A DNA stretch of 64,000 nt. It comes from Candidatus Cloacimonadales bacterium (lineage in GTDB: Bacteria > Cloacimonadota > Cloacimonadia > Cloacimonadales > JAIOQZ01). The stretch is taken from the NCBI GenBank assembly GCA_963662655.2, contig CAXXTU010000002.1:2432001-2496000 (forward strand), written 5' to 3'. Numbering within the stretch: position 1 is the first letter of the stretch; the number at the start of each line of letters is the position of its first letter. This document shows positions 21,164-31,552 of the stretch, piece by piece. Position numbers and translations under genes: made by a program. The notes under the pieces were generated by a model. That model was not told where the DNA came from. It did not search any database and saw nothing but the letters and a program-made list of their open reading frames with translations.

Positions 21164-21298
21164 TCAAAGCAATATTTCCCAAAACCCAGCATGAAGACCA
21201 GGTCGCCGTAAATGGTGTGCTCGAGGACCGTGTGCAAAAACGCCGCCTACTTCGCATAGTTATTAAAGCATGTATCCGCTGAGAATAATAAGAAAGGC

Positions 21299-21832
21299 TT
21301 ATCTTCTTTGCTGCGGAACAAGCATCAACCTGGAAGTATCATAACCCAAAACACTAGCTCGATCCACAAGCATCTGGTAGATGGAGTCGTCCATTGTTGG
21401 GGTACGCGATAAAACCCAAAGATAATCGTCAGTACTGCTACCTACCAACGCATATTGATAGTTCTGGGCGTCCAATTCTAAAATCAAGTAATCGCTCCAG
21501 AACCACAAAAAGAATGTTACCTGCAATCTTCCGGGCTTGGATTCATCAGGAACTCTCGCTACACCGTTGGCTACCTTCCTTTTTCCATCCAGCGTTTTTT
21601 TAAAACCAGCATTCAGCACATCAATTCGGCCGTCAGAACGTAGTGAGTATTCGGCCGTTACTCCAACAAGCTCCCGCTCGAAGCGGTTGTCGATACGTGC
21701 AATTTCATACCATTTACCGATATAGCGATCGATATCAACTTCTTGGACAGTAGGGCGTTTGATTAAACTATCGGTTGTTGCACATCCAAGAAATAACAAC
21801 GAGATACCCAAAATGCTAAGTGCTATCCTCAT
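21299..21832 (-). CDS. blc: Outer-membrane lipocalin lipoprotein
   Basis: Lipobox LFLGC; 'YIGKWYEIAR', 'YLWVLSRTP'; GGAGGA RBS. Confidence 0.9.
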   Translation of the reverse strand: MRIALSILGISLLFLGCATTDSLIKRPTVQEVDIDRYIGKWYEIARIDNRFERELVGVTAEYSLRSDGRIDVLNAGFKKTLDGKRKVANGVARVPDESKPGRLQVTFFLWFWSDYLILELDAQNYQYALVGSSTDDYLWVLSRTPTMDDSIYQMLVDRASVLGYDTSRLMLVPQQRR

Positions 21833-21963
21833 ATTCTCCTCCAGTATTCTATACGATAACGGAAGTAGCACAAAAGCCCACTTGAAACTTCATGGCATCG
21901 GTTTCAATTGCATTTCCGAATAAGTGATCGACTTTCTTTGTTCTTCTTACCTCATGAGAAACG

Positions 21964-22575
21964 CTACCTACTTGGATAGTTGAAAACACGAAACTGCATC
22001 GCCATCTAGACGATGATCTGGAAACGCGCCAGTTCCTCATCCTCGAAGACGATTGCTTCGTAGTCGGGATTGAATGGCTTGAGGACGACCTGCCCTTGAT
22101 AGGATCGTACTGCACCTTCTTGAGGGTGATACCGTCCGAGGTGCGAACCGCGCAGACGCAACGGTCGAGGTTATCCCAGTCTGAACGTTGGTGAATGACC
22201 ACGATGTCGCCGTGATTGATGCGCGGCTTCATGCTGTCGCCATTCACGCGCAGCGCGCAGTAGGAGTCGTGGCGGTCATGCAAAAAGGCTTTAGGGATTT
22301 GGATGTAGTCCCAGTCGAGCGCGGCGTGGTTCTCCATCGGTTCGCCTGCTGCGATTTCACCCATGAGCCGCAGAGTGATTTTGTGCGTCTCGAAGGGCGA
22401 GAGCTGAGCCTTCACGCCGTTCCCGCCTATCTCCTCGAGCTTCTCCTTACGGCCATTCGTCACCAGACTGCAATCTTCGGCGTGAAGAAACATGTCACCC
22501 TTGCCGGTGATGAGCCAGTTGAGGTTGACGTTGTACTCTTCGCTTATTCGAGCCAGCGCGGTCGACGCCGGCTTG
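21964..22575 (-). pseudogene. Phage CI-like XRE/S24 repressor remnant
   Basis: 'YNVNLNWLITG', 'GEIAAG', 'VNGDSM', 'TLKK'; most of the HTH is missing; frameshift at ~22093-22103 (continues QVVLKPFNPDY); in-frame TAG at 22006-22008. Confidence 0.8.
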
Positions 22576-22576
22576 C

Positions 22577-22959
22577 TCGGCGTCGCAAACGGTATCGCAA
22601 AGCTCGACAAGTCCGGCAAGCTGACAACAGCACAGATTCCGCAGCTCGAACCGGGCAACATCACGGGCGTCCTCGAGGCGAGCCAGATCCCCGACCTCGA
22701 CGCCGGCAAGATCGCTACCGGCGCCCTCGCCACCGACCGTATCCCGACACTGGCTCAAAGCAAGATCACAGGCCTCACCACGGCCCTCGCGGCCAAGGTC
22801 GAGACCCGCACCAAGATCAACGGTCACGCCCTTGAAGGCGATATCAAGCTCGAGACCACCGACATCATCGCGGAGGTCACAGAGCTACCCGAAGAGGGTG
22901 TCATCGGCGAAGTCGTCGCATACGGTGGAAAGCTGTACGTCTGGAGCGGTGACAAGTAG
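22577..22959 (+). pseudogene. 3' fragment of a phage tail-fibre-like gene
   Basis: 'GVANGIAKLDKSGKLTTAQIP', 'IPDLDAGKIATG', 'KINGHALEGDI' repeat-like tail-fibre motifs; no native start. Confidence 0.6.
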
Positions 22960-22977
22960 AATCGAAGAAGTTAATCC

Positions 22978-23005
22978 AGCCTGCTCGACCCGGGGCAGGC
23001 TTTTT
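22978..23005 (+). terminator. Rho-independent terminator
   Basis: AGCCTGCTC...GGGCAGGCT followed by TTTT. Confidence 0.7.
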
Positions 23006-23036
23006 CTCTGCTCAAAAACCCCCATATAGTGCCATT

Positions 23037-23186
23037 GGTTTGGCAGAATTTGCCAAACCCGTTATAAAATCTCACCCCCCTTGGCAGAAGTTACTATCGC
23101 TCGGGAAGACGGGACAAGAGACGACGACTTAATCAGATAGACGAGATTTAGCGATAGTAACTTTTTGGCAAGGATGGTTACTATCG
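23037..23186. repeat. Cluster of iterated binding-site-like repeats (possible phage/transposon end)
   Basis: GGTTTGGCA-N5-TGCCAAACC; AAGTTACTATCGCT (23088-23101) inverted at 23150-23163; third GTTACTATCG at 23177-23186. Confidence 0.6.
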
Positions 23187-23202
23187 ACCCTTTTGGTATC
23201 AC

Positions 23203-24535
23203 TGTCCCGTCCTAAAATAGTTGACCAGCTTTTTCGTGTTTGATTTCATTTCGATTGCTTCCTACGCTGCGTTCAATATCTCGTTCGGTGTGCGGTAGCC
23301 CTGCGTGATGATGAGCCGTTCTTCGTTGTAGATCCGAACTGCTTCCTCTACGTACTTCAGCGCGTCGTCGAAGTCCCTGAATCTCCGTTCCAGCCCCAAC
23401 TCGTGCTTCAGAATCCCGTTGATGCGCTCCGCCTTGGCGTTGTCGTAGCACTTGCCCGGACCGGTCATGCTGGTGCGATAGCAGTAGCGTCGCAGCGCGT
23501 TCTGGAAGCAGGCGCTGGTGAATTGCGTACCATGATCGGAGTGGTGGATGCAGCCTTTGATATCCACGGCTCCGGCATTGCGCAACGACCTCATCGCCCG
23601 TTTCAGAGAGAGCGCGGGACCATGCGTGCGCAGGTCGGGCTGCAGCGAATATCCCAGGATCGCGTCCGAGTACTGATCCGAGGTCAGCGAAAGGTAGGCG
23701 AATCCGCGTTGCAACCGGATGTAGGTGATGTCGCTCGCGATGATCTGGCCGACGCGGCGAGCGATGATGTCCTTCACCAGGTTCGGGTGTCGACTGCGGC
23801 TGCCCAGGCTCGTGCGGAGGTATGAGCGGTACGCCGTCGACAGCAGCCCGTAGTCGCGCAGGATGCCGAACAGCCGGTCGCGACCAACCTCGAGCCCGCG
23901 CGCCTTCAGCATGTATTGCAGCTTCCGCGCCCCGACGCGTGGCTGTTTCACGCGAATCTCGCGCACGGCGGATACGATCTCCTCCACCTCCGCCTGGAGC
24001 CGATGGAGCCGCTTCCTGTGCTGGTAGTAGCTCTGCTTGCTGCGACCGAACAAGCCGCAAATCACCTGCATGTTCGCGGCTACTTCTCTTTCTTTCGCGA
24101 CAGCTCGACATTCGGTGACAACAGCGAACCAGTCTTTTTTTTTGCGCTGTTGCCGTACTTGCGCTCGGTCACGTTCACGATCGCCTGCAACGCGCAGTTC
24201 TCCAGCACTTTCTCGCTCAACGCAGCCTGCAAATCCTGCACCTTCTTCTCCAGCTCCGCGATTGTCTTGTCCTTGTAATCTTCTTTCGCCATGCGACCTC
24301 GCTTTTGAGCTCCCTTGCGTCGCGCCGGCTTCACGGCGTCCTCTTTGATCCAGCGATACAGCGTGCGAACGGATATGTCGTACTGCTCCGCGAGCTCCGC
24401 CACGCAGTAGTCGCTCGTCAGCACGTGATGCAGAACACGCGCCTTCACCTCGCAACGCTTCGCCCGTCGTTTCACATTTTCTCCCATACCTGAGCCTCCT
24501 TCGACCCAACGGTCAACCTATTTCAGGACGGGACA
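23203..24535 (-). mobile_element. IS3-family insertion sequence, copy 2 (1333 bp)
   Basis: Same IRs and orientation as copy 1; the only difference I noticed is one synonymous SNP (17147 G vs 23715 C). Confidence 0.95.
23262..24487 (-). CDS. IS3-family transposase OrfAB (orfA 24080-24487; -1 frameshift)
   Basis: Protein identical to copy 1. Confidence 0.92.
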
Positions 24536-24585
24536 CAACCACACAGGGAAATTTGAAGCTCTCCCCTAAAAAAAATCTTGCCATT

Positions 24586-24621
24586 TTTGACCAATTGGTT
24601 AAATTTGACCGTGTAGTTAAA
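24586..24621. promoter_or_regulatory. Tandem putative TetR operators
   Basis: TTTGACCAATTGGTTAAA immediately followed by TTTGACCGTGTAGTTAAA, upstream of the TetR gene. Confidence 0.65.
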
Positions 24622-24655
24622 CATCGCGGTTAATCGAATCGCATTTCATTAGGAG

Positions 24656-25285
24656 TTGAAGATGAAGAAAGACATCGAATCGGTCATTTTGAAATCGGCC
24701 TCAACCGTTTTTCTGAAAGAAGGTTACGATGGTGCGCGTATGAGCGTCATCGCAGAGAAAGCGGGTATTAACAAAGCTCTTCTGCATTACTACTTCCGCA
24801 GCAAGGATCGCCTGTATCAAACCGTCTTCGAGCCGGTGATGCACGATTTCCTTTCGGGTATATTCCGCGAGATATCTGTCGTAACCGATTTTCGCAGCTA
24901 CCTGGAGAATTTCATTGAAGTTTACCTGACGGCCATCTCCAAGCGCCCGTACGTTGTCCGTTTCATGATATGGGAACTCGGTCACGGAGCCGGTAATGTG
25001 AACGACATAATCACCAAGGCGCTTCACAAGTGGCAGTTGAAGGAAATCCCCATCATTCTGGCAACCCGCCAGGCAATCGAGAATGGAGAGATCAGGCCCG
25101 TTGATCCGGTTCAGCTCTTCATCAGCGTGATCGCGCTGTGCATCTTCCCTTTCGCTGCCCGTCCGATCCTGGAACACAAGGTCGAAGGATTAAAAGTGCT
25201 TTCAAAGGAATTCATCGACGAGCGCAAGAAGGCGGTCTTCGATCTTGTCTGGAACGGCTTAGCAAAGACGAGGGAGGACGAATGA
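24656..25285 (+). CDS. TetR/AcrR family transcriptional regulator
   Basis: 'FLKEGYDGARMSVIAEKAGINKALLHYYFRSK'. Confidence 0.93.
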   Translation: MKMKKDIESVILKSASTVFLKEGYDGARMSVIAEKAGINKALLHYYFRSKDRLYQTVFEPVMHDFLSGIFREISVVTDFRSYLENFIEVYLTAISKRPYVVRFMIWELGHGAGNVNDIITKALHKWQLKEIPIILATRQAIENGEIRPVDPVQLFISVIALCIFPFAARPILEHKVEGLKVLSKEFIDERKKAVFDLVWNGLAKTREDE

Positions 25286-26589
25286 GGAAATACATTACAA
25301 CAATCGTGTTGCTCGCGGTTACACTGCTCGCGGCCGGTACGATCGATCTCGAACAGGCCTGGGAAATCGGCCTGCAGAATAATCCGATGCTCCAGCAGCG
25401 CGAGATCGTGAGTAAAATCGCCGAGGCCGAGCAGCAGATCAAGTTCGGGGCGTTCTTGCCCAAGCTTACGGTGAACGGTTTGTACTACTACGTAAGCGAG
25501 CAGGCCGAAATCTCGTTCGCCAACCTTCCTTTCGGTGTCACGATGGACCCCGTCAAGGTCGGCAGGAAGGACAACTGGGATTTCTCCGCCAAGCTGACAC
25601 AGCCTGTTTTCACCGGCTTCCGCATCTGGAAAGACCTTGAACGCGCCGAAGCCGACCACCGCATCGCCGCGCAGGCAAGAACGGCTGCCGAAAACGCGAT
25701 CCGCCTGCAAATCGCGGCCTTCTTTTACCAGTGCGAGGCCATCCGGCATCAGATATCCATCATCGACGACGGCATTCGGCGCGCGAATCTCCAGAAAAAC
25801 AGGGTACTCGATTTGCTGGAAGCTGGGCAGGTCACGACGCTGGACACGCTCGCGATGTCCAATCGCGTGCTGGAACTCGTAACTATGCGTAAGTCCGCCG
25901 AGCACGAGTACCGCATTGCCAAGGCCCGTCTGGCAGAGGTAATGGCGATGAACGAGCCGTTCACGCTCGATTTTGACGATAAAGCCCCAATCAGCGAGAC
26001 GGCTGCGCTGGAGACCTACCAGGTTCAAGCGCTCGAAAGACGGGTGGAACTGAGCATGAACCGCGACCAGATCCTGAAACAAAAACTCACGACGCGTATC
26101 GCCGAATCGGTTTTCTATCCACAGATATACGCTCAAGCCGAGTACCACTACGGGATTCCGGGCGTGCAGATGATCGACGCAGAGTGGGACGACTACTATC
26201 GCCTCGGCGTGCAAATGCAGTGGCAGGTGTGGGACTGGATGGAATCGGCCAAAAAGCGCAAGCAGTCGATTCACCTCACCGAGAAGCTCGAGTTGGAAGA
26301 AGATACCATCGCCAACCAGATTATGCGGGAAGTGACACAGACCTGGGAGCAATTGAAATCGCTGGAAGAGCAAATGGGGCTCCAGCAGCAACTCGCCGCC
26401 CAGATGGAGCTGGAAGTCCGGCACGCAGAGAACCTCTTTCAAGAAGGTAACGCCACCATGATCGATGTCCGTGACGCGGAGGAGCGTTTGACGGAAGCAC
26501 AGCTCAGATTGGACGCGCTCATGTCGCAACTGAAAATCTACCAGGTCCAGATGGACTACTATACAGGAATCATTGGAGGAATCAAATGA
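25282..26589 (+). CDS. TolC-family outer-membrane efflux protein
   Basis: Signal peptide after an ATGA overlap; 'LQNNP', 'FLPKL', 'LTQPVFTG' repeats. Confidence 0.88.
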   Translation: MRKYITTIVLLAVTLLAAGTIDLEQAWEIGLQNNPMLQQREIVSKIAEAEQQIKFGAFLPKLTVNGLYYYVSEQAEISFANLPFGVTMDPVKVGRKDNWDFSAKLTQPVFTGFRIWKDLERAEADHRIAAQARTAAENAIRLQIAAFFYQCEAIRHQISIIDDGIRRANLQKNRVLDLLEAGQVTTLDTLAMSNRVLELVTMRKSAEHEYRIAKARLAEVMAMNEPFTLDFDDKAPISETAALETYQVQALERRVELSMNRDQILKQKLTTRIAESVFYPQIYAQAEYHYGIPGVQMIDAEWDDYYRLGVQMQWQVWDWMESAKKRKQSIHLTEKLELEEDTIANQIMREVTQTWEQLKSLEEQMGLQQQLAAQMELEVRHAENLFQEGNATMIDVRDAEERLTEAQLRLDALMSQLKIYQVQMDYYTGIIGGIK

Positions 26590-27470
26590 AGACCATAAAA
26601 TTCGTTGTCGCGGCGTTCGTGCTGCTCTCTCTCCTTGCCTGCTCCGACCGTAACGAATTTCACCGTTACGTGGGGATCGCCGAAGGAACCGTCCACAATG
26701 TCTCCTCGCTCTATGGCGGAAAGATCGTGAAGATCGCCGTTGAGGAAGGCGATGAAGTCAAGGTCGGTCAGGCGGTTACGATCATCGACACCCTGGACAT
26801 GCATTTCAAACGCAACGAGCTGGATGCCGGTTATCGGCAACTTGCCATCCAGAAGGAAATCTACCTGAACATGAGGGCGCAGGCCGAGAAGGATATGGAA
26901 TACGTCGATACTATCACGGAGCGCACAAAAAGCCTTTTGGACAAGCAGAGCGTTACGCAGCAGAAGTACGATGATGTCGTGAACATGCGCAACAAGGCCC
27001 AAACGCAGCTCGAGAACGCCACCCAGCAATTGCGCCTGATATCCGCGAAACGAATGGAGCTCGACGCGGCAAAGAGCACGCTGGAAAAGAGAATCTCCGA
27101 CAGCTTCCTGATGGCTCCCGCGAACGGCATCGTCACCTCCGTCCTCTTCGAGGAAGAAGAAACCCTTCCTCCGGTTGCCCCCGTTGTCGAGATCACGGAA
27201 CTGGACGAAATTGAAACCACCATCTACATCCCAGCGGAGGAGCTCCCGCAGACGCATGTGGGGCAAAACTTGAGGGTTTATGCCGACGGAATCGGCGATC
27301 CCATGACGGGAACGGTCAAACGCATCGGGCAGAAAGCCGAGTTTACGCCGAGTCAGGTTCTTACGAAAGAAACCCGCAGCGCGCTCGTTTACGCGGTCGA
27401 TATCCGCATCGAGAACCCCGACCACCGCATCAAGCACGGAATGCCTCTGGAAATCGAGCGGATGGATTGA
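26586..27470 (+). CDS. HlyD-family membrane fusion (adaptor) lipoprotein
   Basis: 'GKIVKIAVEEGDEVKVGQ', 'APANGIV', 'AEFTP'; YbhG-like. Confidence 0.9.
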   Translation: MKTIKFVVAAFVLLSLLACSDRNEFHRYVGIAEGTVHNVSSLYGGKIVKIAVEEGDEVKVGQAVTIIDTLDMHFKRNELDAGYRQLAIQKEIYLNMRAQAEKDMEYVDTITERTKSLLDKQSVTQQKYDDVVNMRNKAQTQLENATQQLRLISAKRMELDAAKSTLEKRISDSFLMAPANGIVTSVLFEEEETLPPVAPVVEITELDEIETTIYIPAEELPQTHVGQNLRVYADGIGDPMTGTVKRIGQKAEFTPSQVLTKETRSALVYAVDIRIENPDHRIKHGMPLEIERMD

Positions 27471-28378
27471 TGGAACCGATCGTTGTTCGTAATGCCGGGA
27501 AACGCTATGGCGATACGACGGCTTACCACGATATCAATCTCCGGATTCGAAGCGGCGAGATGTTCGGAATCGTGGGGCCGGACGGCGCGGGAAAGACCAG
27601 CCTGATTCGCTCCATCTGCACGGTGATCCCCATCGACGAAGGCGAGATAACGGTTGAAGGTTTCAATACGCGAACCCAGTATCGCGAGATACGCTCGAGA
27701 ATCGGGTATATGCCCCAAAAATTCTCGCTGTATCAGGATCTCACCGTGCTGCAGAACCTTCAGTTTTACGCCGACCTCTTCGGCATCTCGAGGAATCAGC
27801 GCGAGAAGAGGATCGCGGAGCTTTTCGGGTTCTCGCGACTCGATCCGTTCAAGAATCATCTGGCGGGTAATCTCTCCGGCGGAATGAAGCAGAAGCTGGC
27901 GCTATCATGCAACCTCCTGCATCGTCCGGGCGTCCTGGTGCTGGACGAACCCACGTTCGGCGTCGATCCCGTTTCGCGAGAGGAGCTCTGGAAGATTCTC
28001 GCAGAGATCAAGAAGGAAGGTACCACGATATTTGTCTCGACCGCGTACATGGATGAAGCGGAATTCTTCGATCGCCTCGCCTTCATGCACAAGGGAAGCG
28101 TCGTCGCAAGCGGGACGCCCGAAGAGATCAAAGAGTCCTTCCACTATCCTCTGTACCAGATTCGAGGCGAGAATCTCCGGCAAATGAAGAAGGAGTTCGA
28201 TGGCGATCCTTCGGTAATCGCGATCCAGCTCTTCGGCGACGCGTTGCACGTGGCCTTCGAAAGCGAACCGGACGAGAAACTCTGCGACCAACTGAAAAAG
28301 CACGGAACCTGTGAAATATCCAGAATCAAGCCATCCATCGAAGACGTGTTTCTCCATGTTACAGGATTTCCCGAATGA
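27467..28378 (+). CDS. ABC transporter ATP-binding protein
   Basis: GPDGAGKT, LSGGMKQKL, LDEPT. Confidence 0.93.
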   Translation: MMEPIVVRNAGKRYGDTTAYHDINLRIRSGEMFGIVGPDGAGKTSLIRSICTVIPIDEGEITVEGFNTRTQYREIRSRIGYMPQKFSLYQDLTVLQNLQFYADLFGISRNQREKRIAELFGFSRLDPFKNHLAGNLSGGMKQKLALSCNLLHRPGVLVLDEPTFGVDPVSREELWKILAEIKKEGTTIFVSTAYMDEAEFFDRLAFMHKGSVVASGTPEEIKESFHYPLYQIRGENLRQMKKEFDGDPSVIAIQLFGDALHVAFESEPDEKLCDQLKKHGTCEISRIKPSIEDVFLHVTGFPE

Positions 28379-28496
28379 AGAGCCATCAAATAAAAAATAG
28401 TCTACCGGGAAATCCTTCCCAGAGAACCATTTCTGTATTATATATCTCGGTGATTCATGAATCATCAAAGCGGAAATGGTATTACAGGAGACGACC

Positions 28497-29231
28497 ATGA
28501 ATGATGTTTCCGTAAGAGCCCACAGCATCACCAGGCGCTTCGGCAGTTTCACCGCAGTCGATCAGGTATCGCTTGAAGTCGGCAAGGGTGAGGTCTTCGG
28601 ATTTCTTGGAGCCAACGGAGCCGGCAAGACCACCATGATCAGGATGCTGTGCGGACTTCTTGCTCCCAGCGAAGGCGAAGCCACCGTCGCAGGATACGAT
28701 ATCCGGACGCAAAGCGAGATGGTGAAGCGCAACATCGGCTACATGAGCCAGAAATTCTCACTCTACAGCGACCTCACGGTGCGTGAAAACATGCGCTTCT
28801 ACGGGGGAATCTACAACGTCAAGCCCTCGCTACTCATCGAGCGAATGGAGCTGTGGATGGATCGACTGGGGCTCGCCCCATACCGTAGGAAGGTCACGAA
28901 GGCCATTCCCGTGGGAATCAAGCAGCGCCTGGCCCTGGGATGCTCTTTGCTGCACGATCCGCCCATCATATTCCTCGACGAACCCACTTCCGGCGTCGAC
29001 CCGCGCGCGAGGAGGGAGTTCTGGGATGTCATCTACGATCTCGTGGCGGAGAAGAAAACCGTGTTCGTCACCACCCATTACATGGACGAGGCGGAGTATT
29101 GCAACCGCATCTCCGTGATGCAGCAGGGAAAAATCATCGCGATGGACAGTCCGCAACGCCTGAAAGACCAATACCGGATGGAGCACATCCAGGACATTTT
29201 CATCCACTTACTCAAGAGTCGGGAGAAGTAA
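28497..29231 (+). CDS. ABC transporter ATP-binding protein
   Basis: GANGAGKTT, LDEPTSGVDP, TTHYMDE; start 28476 or 28497. Confidence 0.93.
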   Translation: MNDVSVRAHSITRRFGSFTAVDQVSLEVGKGEVFGFLGANGAGKTTMIRMLCGLLAPSEGEATVAGYDIRTQSEMVKRNIGYMSQKFSLYSDLTVRENMRFYGGIYNVKPSLLIERMELWMDRLGLAPYRRKVTKAIPVGIKQRLALGCSLLHDPPIIFLDEPTSGVDPRARREFWDVIYDLVAEKKTVFVTTHYMDEAEYCNRISVMQQGKIIAMDSPQRLKDQYRMEHIQDIFIHLLKSREK

Positions 29232-29232
29232 C

Positions 29233-30354
29233 ATGAGAGGCAGCATTTCACGCATACTGGCACTTTCGAAAAAAGAGTGGCTGCACATTCTGCATGATCC
29301 CCGCAGCCTCGCCATCATCATCCTCATGCCGATCCTTCAACTCACCATGTTCGGTTACGCGCTGGATATGGAAATCAAGAGCATTCGAATGAGCGTGTTC
29401 GATTTCAGCAACAGCGAAGAATCGTGGGACCTCCTGAAAGGCTTCCAGGGAAGCGACCTCTTCAAGATTCACCACGAGAAAGGCTCCCCCGACGAGGCCG
29501 TCGATCTCTTCAAGGCAAGGAGCGCGGATGTCGTCATGGTCATCGAAAAGGACTTCGGGAAGAAGGTCGGGCGCAACCAAAGGGCAACCATCCAGCTCAT
29601 TATCGACGCGTCCGATCCAAACGCAGCGAAGCTCATGCGCGATTATTGCCGCAGGGTGATCCAGGATTTCAATGGGAAGCGCGGTATCGAGCAGCCGGTC
29701 GAGTTCAGCCTCCAGCCCCGGTTCAATCCCTCGATGGAGAGCTCGTACTTCTACGTCCCCGGGCTGATCGCGATGATCCTGATCATGATTTCAGCCCTCC
29801 TGACGAGCATAACCGTCACCCGGGAGATCGAGACGGGAACGATGGAGCAATTACTCATCTCGCCAGTCCGTCCCATCGAGATCATCCTTGGGAAGCTTAC
29901 GCCCTACATCGTACTGGCAATCGTTATCGGAACCATGATTCTCGGCATCGGCATCATCCTGTTCAACGTGGCGTTCATCGGGAGTCCGCTTCTGCTGCTT
30001 GCTCTCTCGCTCCTCTACATTCTCGTGGCGCTGAGCCTCGGGCTTCTGATATCCACCATCGCGCCCTCCCAGCAAACGGCCATGATGGGCTCGATTCTTA
30101 GCACTTTGATGCCCACCATCCTGCTTTCCGGCTTTATCTTCCCCATCGCTTCGATGCCGCTGTTGTTGCAGTATGTATCCCGGATCATCCCGGCGCGCTA
30201 CTTCCTGATTATCATTCGCGGCATCATGCTCAAGGGCAACACGATTGAGTATCTGTTAGAGCCGGTTCTCGTGCTTGCCGGGTTCTCCGTTCTACTGCTC
30301 GCGGCAGCTTGGAGGAATTTCAGGAAAATCGCCGAAAACAAATCGAGGAATTGA
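29233..30354 (+). CDS. ABC-2 type permease (YbhS-like)
   Basis: 'REIETGTMEQLLISPV...GKLTPY', 'LSGFIFPI'. Confidence 0.92.
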   Translation: MRGSISRILALSKKEWLHILHDPRSLAIIILMPILQLTMFGYALDMEIKSIRMSVFDFSNSEESWDLLKGFQGSDLFKIHHEKGSPDEAVDLFKARSADVVMVIEKDFGKKVGRNQRATIQLIIDASDPNAAKLMRDYCRRVIQDFNGKRGIEQPVEFSLQPRFNPSMESSYFYVPGLIAMILIMISALLTSITVTREIETGTMEQLLISPVRPIEIILGKLTPYIVLAIVIGTMILGIGIILFNVAFIGSPLLLLALSLLYILVALSLGLLISTIAPSQQTAMMGSILSTLMPTILLSGFIFPIASMPLLLQYVSRIIPARYFLIIIRGIMLKGNTIEYLLEPVLVLAGFSVLLLAAAWRNFRKIAENKSRN

Positions 30355-30356
30355 TT

Positions 30357-31490
30357 ATGCAACCGATCTTGCAGCTTATTAGAAAAGAGTTCAAACAGGT
30401 TTTCAGAACGCGGGAAATGATCGCGATCCTGTTTTTCATTCCGATCATTCAGACGCTCGTTCTCGGTTTCGCGATCACGAACGAAGTCAAGGATGTGAAA
30501 CTTCTGATCGCGGATATGGATCAATCGCCCACCAGCCGCGCCATCATCAAGGAAATGCTTCACACGGACAGTTTCAAGCCGATCGGCGAGGCGAAAAGTT
30601 ACGAGGAGATCGACCGGGCCATCGAGAGTTGGAAGGCGCAGCTCGGGATTCTCATTCCGCCTGACTTCGAAGCCGATCTCATGGCCGGAAAGAAGCCGCG
30701 CGTCGCTGTCGTTGTCGATGGAATCGACGGAAACACCGCTGGCGTGGCCGGTGGATACCTGCGCGATATTCTCTCGGACTGGGGCGTGGATTACGCAACC
30801 CGGATGGTCATGCGGCAGGGAATCGAAGGAATGAAAAGAGCCAAATCGCCGGTTGGATTCGAGACGGGCATGTGGTTCAACGAAAACCTGGAGGCATCTC
30901 AGTTCATGGTTCCGGGCATCGTTGTCATCATGATATCACTGGTCTCGATGATGATGAGCGCGATGGGGCTAGTCCGAGAAAAGGAGATCGGTACGCTCGA
31001 GCAGCTCATGGTAACGCCCATCAAGAAGTGGCAACTACTGATCGGGAAGCTTCTGCCGTTCCTGCTGCTGACCTTCGTCGAGCTCTTTCTATCGCTTTTC
31101 ATCGCGCAGATGATCTTCGACATACACGTTCAGGGGAGCTATTTTCTTCTGGCCGGACTCGCGCTGCTCTACCTTTTCACCACGCTTGGACTGGGCGTTC
31201 TGATATCCTCCATGACATCCTCGCAGCAGCAGGCGATGTTCTTCTCCTGGTTTTTCCTGGTGTTCATGATCCTCTTGAGCGGGTTGTTCATTCCCATCAA
31301 GAACATGCCGTGGGCGATCAAGCAGATTACCTGGCTCAATCCGATGAAATACTTCATCGTGATCATGCGGGAAATCACCGCGAAAGGTTCTTCGCTGCCC
31401 TTCCTCTTGAGCGAGGTAGTTCCCATGACGCTTTACGGAATCATCATTTTCTCCCTGAGCATCGTCAGCTTCAGGAAGCGGGTGGGGTAA
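30357..31490 (+). CDS. ABC-2 type permease (YbhR-like)
   Basis: 'REKEIGTLEQLMVTP...GKLLP', 'LSGLFIPI'. Confidence 0.92.
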   Translation: MQPILQLIRKEFKQVFRTREMIAILFFIPIIQTLVLGFAITNEVKDVKLLIADMDQSPTSRAIIKEMLHTDSFKPIGEAKSYEEIDRAIESWKAQLGILIPPDFEADLMAGKKPRVAVVVDGIDGNTAGVAGGYLRDILSDWGVDYATRMVMRQGIEGMKRAKSPVGFETGMWFNENLEASQFMVPGIVVIMISLVSMMMSAMGLVREKEIGTLEQLMVTPIKKWQLLIGKLLPFLLLTFVELFLSLFIAQMIFDIHVQGSYFLLAGLALLYLFTTLGLGVLISSMTSSQQQAMFFSWFFLVFMILLSGLFIPIKNMPWAIKQITWLNPMKYFIVIMREITAKGSSLPFLLSEVVPMTLYGIIIFSLSIVSFRKRVG

Positions 31491-31552
31491 GAGTCGCACG
31501 TTCGACTTGACATGAATACGATATCTCGAAGAGAATTGATGCGGAGGTTGAA

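Noticed and set aside
21200..21260. Possible IS-end remnant 'GAGGACCGTGTGCAAAAAC'
   Set aside because: No matching second end or transposase fragment.
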